This document shows, in pieces, positions 14,776-26,100 of a DNA stretch of 64,000 nt. How positions within the stretch are numbered: the first letter of the stretch is position 1; every line of letters begins with the position of its first letter. The stretch covers positions 24,057 through 88,056 of the forward strand of contig NIVC01003610.1 of NCBI GenBank assembly GCA_002269645.1. Reading direction: 5' to 3'. A model generated the notes under the pieces. The model saw only the letters and a program-made list of their open reading frames with translations. It did no database searches and was not told the origin of the DNA. A program made the position numbers and the translations under genes. This stretch comes from Macrostomum lignano. Taxonomy: Eukaryota.

Positions 14776-14980
14776 TCCAGGCGCTAGGCATGTGAAAGGC
14801 TCGGAAGCTGATGTTGTGCTTGAGCGCTGCCAAAGTGGCAGTTCGCAGCAGGGCCATGATGGCCGCGTTGCCAGTTGCACCGTTGTTGATGCAGTCCACC
14901 GCCGCTCTGTTGTCAATGTAGAGGGCGTCCCGGCTGTTCTCGAGCTACTCCTTGAACATGCTGATGGGCATCAGCGGCAG
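14776..14980 (-). mobile_element. Degenerate DIRS/Ngaro-type retroelement RNase H fragment
   Basis: Minus-strand translation LPLMPISMFKE*LENSRDALYIDNRAAVDCINNGATGNAAIMALLRTATLAALKHNISFRAFHMP matches the DIRS RNase H pattern (W...DN.AVV..IN.G.S....IM.LLR......NI...A.H.P). The conserved Trp codon has become TAG. Confidence 0.75.
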
Positions 14981-15172
14981 CGCTGCTTCCTTCGAGTTAC
15001 CATTTTAGAAAGAGGGCAGGGCAGAGGAGGGGGTTTAAAACTGGTTAGTGACTAGGCAAGACCAGTCACAAACCAACGCATTTTCGGTTCTGAAGGGAGA
15101 TTCAAGCATCAAAGTTTTCAAAATCTAATTTATTATAGTCGGATCTACGAGTATTTTATTTATTATCCATGT

Positions 15173-15858
15173 TGGAATTGTTCATGAGTACAGACAGCAG
15201 AATGAGCAATGGAACTGGAATTGTTCATGAGTACAGACAGCAGAATGAGCAATGGAACTGGAATTGTTCATGAGTACAGACAGCAGAATGAGCAATGGAA
15301 CTGGAATTGTTCATGGGTACAGACAGCAGAATGAGCAATGGAACTGGAATTGTTCATGAGTACAGACAGCAAAATGAGCAATGGAACTGGAATTGTTCAT
15401 GAGTACAGACAGCAGAATGAGCAATGGAACTGGAATTGTTCATGAGTACAGACAGCAGAATGAGCAATGGAACTGGAATTGTTCATGAGTACAGACAGCA
15501 GAATGAGCAATGGAACTGGAATTGTTCATGAGTACAGACAGCAGAATGAGCAATGGAACAGGAATTGTTCATGAGTACAGACAACAGAATGAGCAATGGA
15601 AATGGAATTGTTCATGAGTACAGACAGCAGAATGAGCAATGGAACTGGAATTGTTCATGAGTACAGACAGCAGAATGAGCAATGGAACAGGAATTGTTCA
15701 TGAGTACAGACAACAGAATGAGCAATGGAAATGGAATTGTTCATGAGTACAGACAGCAGAATGAGCAATGGAACTGGAATTGTTCATGAGTACAGACAGC
15801 AGAATGAGCAATGGAACTGGAATTGTTCATGAGTACAGACAGCAGAATGAGCAATGGA
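15173..15858. repeat. Minisatellite, 43-bp unit TGGAATTGTTCATGAGTACAGACAGCAGAATGAGCAATGGAAC, about 16 copies
   Basis: Tandem units read directly. Confidence 0.97.
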
Positions 15859-16669
15859 GTTAGAATTTTTCTGTCTATACAAATTTTCTTTGCTTTGAAG
15901 CAGTCTGCTGACGGAAGAGATTTGCAGACAGGCTGATGCGCGATCTGCAGCTGCAGAAACTGCAGCCTGACGTCCAGCAAGCCGCCGAACAGCTTCAGGA
16001 AGTAGTTCAGCTCCACTGGGAGCTGGGCTGGCCACCAGTGCTGAACCGGCAGCTACGGGAGGTCCTATAAGCAGGTTTCCGCCAACAACAATAAACCCTA
16101 TACCTACAGCCACTTCCTCTCGATAGGAAAAGGGCAGTCCAGTCGCAGACCAGTGGCCTAAGGACTTTGCCTTGGCTTTTCGGTGAAGGTGGTTTTTGAG
16201 AAATCAAAATATCATCGATTGGAGCTGGAGCTAAGAGGAAGAGATCGCAAACAACATGAAGGTCGGGCATGGCTCTGGGAAGACATTCTTCTTATAAAGC
16301 AGCAGGCGGTGCTGGAGACATGTAACCAGTTGAGCTTGCAATTGACTCAGTTATAGTACTTCTAAGGCCTCAGGCATTTGGGCATTAAATGTTGAAGACT
16401 TGTGTATGAGGGTGGTGAGCAACACAAAAATAAGCAAATACAGACGCATTCGAATGACGCGGAAACCTATTACGACTAGATTTTGAACAGGTCATCGGTG
16501 TCCTACCTCGTCACAGTTTGGCAATCTCGTGTTTTGTAAAGCGCATGATGCGATTTAAAACCCTTATGCTTAGGTACAGCATAAATTAATGATAGCTAAC
16601 TAATTGCCAAAGTGCAACCGACTCTAGGTAGTAACCGATCTAGTAACCTCTAGTAACCGACTCTAGTAA

Positions 16670-16916
16670 TGGGCAGATGTGCAACCGACAGCTCAGCCGC
16701 AGCTATTGCGTGGCGCATCTGAAGGCTGCGTACGGCTGTTCAGTCCAAGGACTGGGGATCGCCAAACACATTGTCAATTACCCCAGCTGGGCAAAATGGA
16801 AGCAATGCAGAGTGAAGTGTCTTGCTCAAGAACACAAATTGTTCCAAGTGAGATCAGGAATCGAACCCCGACCTTCAAGTCGTGAGTCCGACGCTCTGAC
16901 CACTGGGCCACTCCCC
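16670..16916 (-). mobile_element. tRNA-derived CORE-type SINE, copy 2
   Basis: Reverse complement begins GGGGAGTGGCCCAGTGGTCAGAGCGTCGGACTCACGACTTGAAGGTCGGGGTTCGATTCC (Pol III A and B boxes), followed by GTGTTCTTGAGCAAGACACTTCACTCTGCATTGCTTC. Confidence 0.85.
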
Positions 16917-17586
16917 TTACAGCATGAAGAGCACGTTAAAATTTCACATCTTCGAATTCGTTCAAGTTGTGAGCCAGCAAAAGTGGCTAACAAGATTCGA
17001 AAAAGTGAAATGAAGTTCGAAACAAATGAAGTTTCAGGCTTGTCAAAGTGACTGACATTGCGAAGTTTCGAGTTTAGAAAGTTTATTTAGAAGTTTTGAG
17101 CATGTTTAATTTTGAGCTTCTGAAACTCCTCTCTTTATTTAGCATGGCTTGCCTGCTCCTGGCGAGACTGTTGCCATGCCGCTGAGTGAAGAGCAACTTC
17201 AGCTACAGAAGTCAGTGCAAGCCACTCAGATATTAAGACATTGAAATCCACAGATCAAGTCTAATTAAAAGTTTAGTGAAAGCATTTTGAGCGAATGGCT
17301 TCAGGCTAAGCTGCTGGGCCATCTGTGTATTTAAGTAATGTAGAGAATGCTTAATTAAAATTTAATCACCACCACCATATCTGCACATGAGTTTCATATA
17401 AACGTATGCCTCTTCAAAACTAAGATATGCATTTTGGATCATGCGATTGAAACAAGCTGCACTTTTAATAAAACAATATTTTTATCTGAAATAAACATTT
17501 TCGGCTATAAAAATGACTGTTAGTTTCAACCAGTCCTGTGCATTAATAACCGGAGTGCATCGCTGAGTTTTCAAACCAGACAGTAG

Positions 17587-18748
17587 TCAAATCTGCAGCA
17601 GCATTCGCACTTCACGGAGATACAGCCAAGTCTCGCACCACCAGGTCATATAGCTGGTATTTGCCGTCTCCCGCACAGGAAAAATCCCGTTCGGGTTGGA
17701 GTGGTTGCAGTCTCGAAACCACCAGCCTCCTTTTCCATACCTGTTTGTGCATGACCCTGGGTTGCTTTCGTCATTGTCCCTGTCTATTGTGGAAAACCGC
17801 ATTCCTGAGTTTTTCTGCAGTTCATCATAGTTCAAACTGGACCTGCTTTTCAGCATCTCTCGGTACGTCATCCGATACCCAGTGCTGGCATCTCCCACCT
17901 GGAATCCCGCGTACTCCGCATGCAGCTCAGAGCCGTTCCAGAGCTTCATCTCCAATCTGAAAGTGACGCCGCCCTGGCTCAGCAAGTGGATGGTGGAGAG
18001 GCCTGTGGGAAGAAATTAAGCTGCAGAGTCTGGGTCACTTCTGCTTGGTCAGGCATTTTAGTGACACACCTGTAAAACAGACGAAAACGAACATAAATTG
18101 CATAGCTACTGTCCTTCGAATCGGAGCTTTCACTGGATCACAGGAGAATGTAAATTGCCTTGGTTGGTTTAAGTTCGTGATCGTATTTACATGTTGAATG
18201 GGGTAGTAAACCTTGCTGAATTCTCAGCGGCTGGCTGCAACGAGGCGGGATGGGAAAGAGAGGAAGGGAGAAGGATCAGGTTGCCAGTGCCAGGCGCCAG
18301 TGCAGCCAAATTTATCAGCTTTGTTATGAAGCAGACGCTTTATCTCTGTTAGCAGAGCTGCGAACGCGAAGCGGCCGCTCACCGATCCAGAAGTCAGTGC
18401 CGTCACCGAAGCCAGTCTCGTACTCAGTCCAGCCTCGTTGGAAACTCACTCTGCCGGTGAGTCGCTGCTGAATCTTTACGAAGCAGCGGCCGTCTCGCTG
18501 AACTTGAAGCGCGTAAGAAGAGTCAGCGGCGGCGCATGACTGCGGACTCGAGCAGCTCGCACTTGCCGACGCCTTCATTCTCCATGATAAAGTTGTCTGG
18601 ACCGACTCGGATCGGCACTGGTCAGCAACCAGAGACGTCACCCGCCACCTCAGGTGTCGCCACAAATCCGCGGGCTCATTCAGCACCGCCGATCTGAAAT
18701 TCAGCGGAGTTTTTAGATTGCAATACAACACGAAAATACGCGTAACCT
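17587..18748 (-). CDS. Fibrinogen-related domain (FReD) protein; 5' end uncertain
   Basis: Exons 18748 (or ATG 18578)-18383 and 18002-17587 splice in frame to give IQQRLTGRVSFQRGWTEYETGFGDGTDFWIGLSTIHLL...FSTIDRDND...GGWWFRDCNHSNPNG, the canonical fibrinogen C-terminal domain motifs. Confidence 0.88.
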
Positions 18749-18969
18749 CTGAAAACAATAATTAAAGCAATTCTTGAGGGCCACAAAAAAGGTCAACCAT
18801 TTCAGTTTTCTTAAGACGAATGCTTTTCACTGTTATATTCCAAAAAAAATTCATTTGAAATGAAATGAACTGGTTGACATGAATTTTGAATTTGGAAAGA
18901 CCCATTGAAACGGGGTCCTTAGGGTCTGTGAGACATCAGGGCAACTGGGCAAATAAAACACTCAGAATT

Positions 18970-20171
18970 TTAAAGAACTGTCGTGAGGTAAAGTGAATTC
19001 TGTTTCTGTTTCTCCAAGCAATTATCAAACCTGAGTTCGTCGCACAGCCCCGAGCTTCCGCAGAGCAGCCGCAGCTGAGCGGACTTCCAGTCTGTCGACA
19101 CCATCAGCGGACCGACCTCGAACCGAGAACTCAACGAGGAGCTCACCGATCTCTCAGCAGTCCACAGCCGCATAAAATCGACCGATCGAGGCGACAGGTC
19201 GGCCAGCTGAGTCCTCACAGCATCGCGTGTGGCCTCATCTTGCAGCACCACATCCAGCTTCAGGTAGTGCATGTCTCGGCTATAGTCATACCTGACTGAC
19301 TCGCTGCTCAAGCTGGAGATGTTGTGGCACAGCAGAGGCTCGATGAGGAAGTGGCCCTTCATGTCGAGTCTCTGGTGCACTCGGACTGAGCAGTTCTCGA
19401 GATTGACGGAGCGGATGAACCGAAGCTGTCGGCAATTCGACACATTTGCAAATCTTTGTCTGCCAATTCCAAGTCGAAGAAGCTGCTGTTTTGCAGCAGG
19501 ACGTGTCTCTGAACTTCATAGCAAGAGCCGTTCGAAATGATAGAAGCTGACAGCCTAACTTTTTCAAGGGCCTCGCCGGGCGAACTTCTAAAGTTGGCAT
19601 TCTGCTCTGGCTGGATTTCTAATGAACTCAGACTTTGCATTCGAGGCACATTTGCCAGTCTCAAGTTGCTTGCAGCTTGGCACACACTGCTGCGGGCCCT
19701 CTTCTCAATTCGCAGTCTCAGGGTGGCGATTGGTTCATCTGGAGTCCACAGGATGTCAGAAACCCGGATTAATGAGCTGAAGTCGGCTGAGACGCTGATG
19801 TTGGTGACCGTGGCGAAGCTCACAGACCTCGGTGACAGATGCCGCAGTTGACGCTGAGCATCTGCGAGCATCCCAGCATCCCTCATCAATACAGGAACGC
19901 TGAAGTACAGCTGCTGGGTGATGAAGTCGAATCGAGCAGCAATGCCTCTCAGGCTGTCCGTCACGCACATGAGCGGCTCGACTGCCAAGTGCGGACCGTC
20001 GCTCGCTCCCGTGTCGTGCACGAACAGCGCGCAGCCGTTCACGCTGAGCTGCGCCACGAAGCGGAGCCGCGGAGAGTCAGCGGGAGCGCACTGGGAGACC
20101 TGGCCGGCTGCCAGCGAGCAGAGCAGCAAAGCAACAAAAATGAAGCCCTTTTTCCAATTCCGGTCACGCAT
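18970..20171 (-). CDS. Uncharacterised predicted secreted protein with two homologous ~130-aa domains (two frames joined by a frameshift or short intron near 19440-19560)
   Basis: Hydrophobic N-terminus (FIFVALLLCSLAAG). ORFs 19359..20171 and 18970..19443 align to each other (LRF..C...VH..H...EPL.C..QL..LSPRSV.F). Overlapping frames. Confidence 0.65.
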
Positions 20172-21199
20172 TTTTCTTTCTATTTGTGTGTTCAGTAAGC
20201 TTTATTTAACATTAGCAAAGCCAGTGCACTACAATATATAGCACTAATCTATACAAGATCTACCTCGCATTATTCTGATACTTGTACAGACAGAATAAGC
20301 CAGGTTAGGCAGAATAACAACTATTTACAAGCCCAAATTAAAATAAGATAATCTGTTTAGATGTCAACTCTGTTTTATGCACCTGGTCTATTCAATATGC
20401 CTATTCATATTTCTTTTTATTTAAAATCTTCACGAAACAAGAAGCAGTGGTGTCGAGATTCTGACCGTTGGAAACTGCATGGTGTTGTGTTGAGATAGTC
20501 AGACTGATTTTTGTGGGTACACACGAACTTAAACCAAGTTGGCCTTTCGACTGGTATATTTATACTTATATATTTATCTAGTTGCGACAGATTAACATCG
20601 GCAAACAGATGTACATGGGCAGATGTACATATCTGCAAAACAGCTACACAACATTCACTCTCCCTCACGAACGAGTTGCCTTGTCGACGAAATATTCGAA
20701 AATCGATTACTGGGGGAATGGCTTACTGGGGGAATTGCTGAGATCTCAAGTCTTGGGGGGGAATTGCTAAGATGTTAAGGCTAAGGTTAGAAGCTACATG
20801 TAGTTTATTTAAAAAATTTTAGTACATTCTTTGTTTGCTCCCCAACGGGGGGCGTAAATTGCTAGTGGCTACTAAATCTTGACCCGAGCGGTATTCAGAG
20901 AGGCTGAATAGTCAAACCCAGATAAACAAGATCTTGTTGCCAATTCTTTTGATCAACAGAAACTTTCACGCCAGATTCAGCTTTGAACTCGCAGATGATC
21001 CAGGGGCCTATTTAGCATTTTGTTGCTTGTCTATAAGCCATGTAGATCCTGACATCGATCCTGCATCCTACTTGCTGTTGCAGGCGAGAGTTAAAAAACT
21101 TGATACGAGCCTGACAATTGTCAATTCAGGACTCACAAGATGCAGATTGTGCCCAAGATAAGAGACAAAGAGAGAAAGAAAAAGAAAAGGAAGGGAAAA

Positions 21200-21880
21200 G
21201 CTGCCAAAATCCATTGCATAGATCTTCAGGAATTGGACAATCCGCGACGAATTGAACTTTGTTTTGCAGCTCCTGGTGTCGATCGTCACGAGTAACTTCC
21301 TCCAAGCCCCTCTACGGAGACTTACAACCTGCCTTTACGCTGACGACACGAGGGCGACACACCAATATGAACCAGTGCCGCTCTATGTCGGTATTGAGAC
21401 GGTGCTGATGAGGTGGCACTTCAAGCAGGTCCAAAGCAGGGGATCAGAAAACAATCGTGCAGTAGCAAGACAGGAATCTGGATCCTGTCTGAACCAGGCC
21501 CTAACTTCTGTCGGCCTTCTGCCTGAGCAGGAAGCCGATTCCCTTAGGACGCGATGCATCTGTGTGCGAGGCTGTGTGTACTGATCATGGTAGATTAGTT
21601 TAGGCGTGTTTGCAAGGCGATTTAGGGCCTTCTCAAAGGAGTCTAGCTGTTCTTGGCCCCATTTAAACATTCTCTCTGATGGCCTGTTACTCCGGCTATT
21701 TCTGGAGTAAAAGTTCCAACTTGGATCACAAGACCAACTATTACTCAAAGATCCGTGATATTTCTAGGCTTTGGAAAGTCGCTGATTGTTTCACAATCTC
21801 TGGATCAATGCAATCAGTAACCATCGGCCGACAAATAAAGTCCAAAATACTGCGTACACTGTGTGCAGATTGCGTGCTAC
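21200..21880 (-). mobile_element. Decayed Ty3/Gypsy LTR-retrotransposon pol fragment (RT C-terminus/connection and RNase H)
   Basis: Minus-strand pieces YFGLYLSADGY, ETISDFPKPRNITDL*VIVGLVIQVGTFTPEIA, FKWGQEQLDSFEKALNRLANTPKL and HTDASRPKGIGFLLRQKADRS*GLVQTGSRFLS; many stops and frameshifts. Confidence 0.78.
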
Positions 21881-22039
21881 GGAAATCAAACTATTAATTC
21901 TGCTGTCCTCCCACCGTCGAAGAAGTTTTCGAACTGCTTGGACATGCGATCCTCTTTCTGGGCTCAAAATCAAATAGGCATCAACCATGTGCCTAAAGTA
22001 CTGCAACTGCTCAGGTCTTGAAAAGTATCATCCACCTGG

Positions 22040-22570
22040 AGATTGTGGAATGCGGCATTTCGAACATGGAGGGAATCGCTAAGGTGTCAAACGTTCATAG
22101 TCGAATTGCTGAATTCTTGGGGACTCAGAGGGAATTCATGAAATGTCAAGGTTCATTGAGAATTGCCGAAATGCTGTGACTCGGCAGGGTTAGTCATAGG
22201 TTTACGCTAGGGTTCAACCATAAAAGAATCATATGAAATTGCCAACATGCCCGAGCTCATAGGGGTTGGGAGTGAAATGCTGAGTTGTTAAGGCTCATGT
22301 GTGGAATCGCTAAGATTTCAAAAGCTCAAGGGCAAATTGGTGAAATTCTTAGGCTCAGGGGAATTGTTGAAACTCGGCAGGGTTAGGGCTAGGATTATTG
22401 GTTCAATTATGAAATAATCGCCCCTGTCAACCATAAAAGATTCATGGGGGTTTGCTTAGATGTCAAAGCTCTTACAGGGGAGTGCTTAAGATTAAAGGCT
22501 CGTGGGTGATTGCTGAATGCTGTGGCTCATTGGAGAATTGCTGAGATGTCAAGGCGAGAATCGCTGAAAT
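22040..22570. repeat. Degenerate tandem repeat built on GAATTGCTGAAAT/GATGTCAAGGCTCA-like units; related segment at about 20710-20790
   Basis: Recurrent gaattgctgaa / gctcatgggg motifs with irregular spacing. Confidence 0.5.
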
Positions 22571-23128
22571 TGTGACTTGTGTTGCTCAGATTATATGAAC
22601 CAAAGCTCACAAAGGATCTGATATCTTAGGCTAGATAGCTGGTGCTTTTTGCATTCAAAATCGTTTGCCCCTTGGTAGCTCGTACTTAACACTGGTTAAT
22701 CAACAAGGTCATATCCTACTTGAAGTTCTTTCAAACATTTTATTTCTGTTTTTGTTGACTCCCCAATGATTAATAGGTTAACTATTACTTTGCGATGGAT
22801 ATCTAATTTCATTAGTGCATCGGCAGATATTGCAAAAAAAGGCAAAGCGCAAAGCCCATTATCGATAATTGGACAGCTCAGGTGGCAAACTGGCTGAAAT
22901 TCCAGCCGGGCGCTGCCCCATCGCCAAGTCAATGCAGCATCACATTCTGATTGAAGGTAACCTTTCATTTTTACTTAATGAGACTGCAGTTGAATAACCA
23001 GCCTCTGATCGATCGGAAACATCTGATACCAAAACCGGATTCAGTTCAGTAAGATCTCAATAAATAGCTCCAGTGTCCCACTCCGGCAGCGGCTCGCGGC
23101 TCTCACACACGCGATCTTTAAGTCAGTC

Positions 23129-26100
23129 ATGTGGCACGAGCTGCGAACGCTGCTGCTCCTGCTGGCCCTGCACGCCTGCAGCGGGTCATCCGTGCGCCTG
23201 GCTGTTGTAAGCGAAGCCGGAAGTCTCGCGGACAGTTCGATCATCACCACAGCGGTGGACAAGCTGGTCAACGGAAACTGGAGGTATCCGGCATTCAAGA
23301 CCAGTCCGATGTCGCTGGAGCTGCTGCCGACTGCGGACTCAGTGGAGGCTGCGCAGAGAGGTAAAAACAGCTTGAGATACAAATTTATTGTAGAATTCTA
23401 AGAAAGAAAATTATGTACTTTGGTGACAATCAATAGCTGATTAGGTTCAACGACGACTTGCTTGCTTACCCGGAAAATCTCTTCTGAAACTTCAGTGTGT
23501 CGATCGACAGGTCTCAACGGCTTGGTCGTCGTCGGCTCTTGTCAGTTCGTCTCGGATGTGCTCAAAATCTCTGGCTCCCTACAATTACCGACAGTCGCAG
23601 TTCTCAGAGGCCTTTGTCGGCTACCCAGTGTGCCAGGTAAAACCCTTATTACCACAACCTATCTACTGACGCACACTTGCTTACATCACAGACAAGAATG
23701 AATCGCATATCTTTACAGACTCAGCGATCGTGTCGAGTCCACTGGCGACCGACTTCTTGAGGGCGACCGCAGAAGCAATGGACCGAGTCTCCGCTAATCT
23801 GGTCGCTGTCCTTCACGACAGACAACAGGGTGCGCATGGCTTCCTCAAGATACTCTCGCCTGTAAGTTGACAGCAATGCCTTCCTCAACCATGGTGGCTA
23901 ACACTCGTCATTGCAGACCACTTGCTGCTTGAGCAGCTTCAGCAACTGCTCTCGGAGAAGAGAATCGCCAGCGTGATGTTTCAGTTCGACGAATGGCCAC
24001 CAATTTGACCAAATCCTGCAAAACAGCGTCAAGGCTCAGATTCGATACTGTGTGGTCGTCTGCGAGCCCGACAAGATCCCACTCGTCTTCGAGCAGGTGA
24101 GCTCAGGTACAAATTCTTTTGCACAATCGATTCGGCTTAATATTATTTGGTTGTCATTCCAGGCTCGGAACACAGCCACACTGCAGATCAACTACTTCTG
24201 GACTGTGATTGACACAGGAATTTCGCCAAGAACTATCGAGACTCTGATCCCCGCGAATGAGTCTGCGAACATCCTCTTGATCCGTGAGTCGACAGTTCTT
24301 CTCAAAGAAATGGACTGCTCTGTAGATCTCGGAGTCGTGTATCCGGACTGCCAGTTCAGCAAGCGTTCGGTGAGGAACTCGTTCCCTGCAAACTTCTTCT
24401 GCGATGGAGCTTAGGCGCTGGCGATCTATCTGCAGTAGACCCTGAACATCCCTCAGATGCTGGAGCTGAAGGCGTTGGAGGCCGTGCTGTCATTCGCCAG
24501 AGCTACACAGAGCCTGCTGGACAGCTCCGACCTCGGCCTGACCGCCAGCAACGCGTCGTGTCGGCCGCTGCAGCCGTGGTCGGCGGGTCCCGCAGTGGCT
24601 GCGCAGCTGAAGCAGGTTGGAGTTCAGTTGCCTGTCTGACTCAGATTCTTAGCGACATGTGCAATTTGTGGTTGAGTTTGCTTTACACCGGCATACTTAA
24701 TAGCTGAATCAGAGAACAGAAAGCAAAGCTTAATTGCCCTAATAGAAGCACGGCTTCTTGTAATTAATGCTTAACCCCATATTTCCTGGCATGCCTCATA
24801 GCAGCGGCTCAGCCCAGCCAACGGAAGTGCGGGGCACCGGAGCGACTACTTCCTGGAGATGCTGGGCCTGCTCAGCAACCCGGACGCAGTCGCGGAACTC
24901 GTGCCAAGCGGCCGGTTTATCGTCGAGAACGGCAGCCTTGTAGTGACCTTCGAGTACAAGGAGCGCGAGCTGCTGTTTCCCAACACCTTCGTGGACTTCA
25001 AGGGAGCTCGACTGCGGGTCTGCGCGCCGCCGGTTAGTCACGAATAGCTGAAGACTTGATGTTTTACTTCATAATAAGAAATTGGGATTACGCTCGTAAA
25101 ATGGTATGAAGGGCATTGCTTGTTTCTTCAGATAAGAAAAAGTAACAAATAATTATTTCGGGACGTTATTTATGTTAGTGATAAAGTAGTTGTAACATTT
25201 TAATAATAAACCTTATCTAATAACGAGTCCCATTTTCCCAACCAGTTCCCGCCTTTCACCAGGTACAGCAACTACACCTTTGGCACGGCTTCTGGCCACT
25301 CGGTGGATATGGTCAACTATTATGCCTCGCATCTGAATTTTTCGTATGTCTGAATCAGATTTGCATTGAGCCTCAACTCATTCTCCGTTGCATTATAGAG
25401 TACAGAAACTTATTGACCTTCATTGCGGCAGGTATGACATTTTCTCCCCACCGGATATCCAGTTCGGAGCGCCGGTCGAAGGATCGCCCTACTTCAGCGG
25501 TTGCATCGGCATGCTGCAGAGAGGAGTGAGGACAGCGCCTGCTTAATGATAATTTATGTTATAAAGTACAGTTTGCTCGAATTGACAGTCTGAAACTCTG
25601 TTCTCGTTGCCTTCTTCCCAGGAAGCCGAGTTTGCCATGCCGTTTGCCATCACCAACATTCGCTACCAAGTGATCGACTACTCAGAGGACTACATGTTCT
25701 CCGCCAACACCATTCTGGTGAAGCGGCCGCCATCAGAGTCCAAGCTGTGGAATGTGTTCACGCCGCTGGCCTGGGACTCCTGGCTGCTCATTCTCGGCAT
25801 GCTCGTCTTCGTTCCCATCATCGTGTTTGTGCTCGCCAGCTGCAATCCGTTCTCCGGGTGGAATCTACGCATCTCGTACGCGTTTGCCGATGAGGTGTGG
25901 CTGAAGGAGTACATCTGGTCAGTGATTGGCAGCTTCCTGCAGCAGGGCCAGGACTTCTATCCCTTCGCTATGAGCCCCCGCACTGTTCTGGCCTTCTGGT
26001 GGATGCTCACCGTTATTCTCTATGGCGCATACACAGGTGAGGCTGACGTCTGCATTGTCTTTTCAATACGTAATATTAATTGATTACACCTGCCTGGGCA

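Noticed and set aside
15173-15858. CRISPR-like appearance of the 43-, 33- and 44-bp arrays
   Set aside because: Units are contiguous with no unique spacers, there are no cas genes, and the context is eukaryotic.
15900-16075. Short coding-like stretch (RLMRDLQLQKLQPDVQQAAEQLQEVVQLHWELGW), and a similar-looking one at 28460-28690
   Set aside because: No recognisable domain, start or consistent splice sites; could be decayed fragments.
16855-16916. tRNA gene
   Set aside because: The tRNA-like segment is the head of a repeated SINE; it continues into CORE-like sequence and lacks a proper acceptor stem.
18748-19000. Splicing of the two-domain secreted protein onto the FReD exons as one gene
   Set aside because: The FReD exon needs a phase-1 donor and I found no convincing one at the end of the upstream ORF, which has its own stop at 18970.
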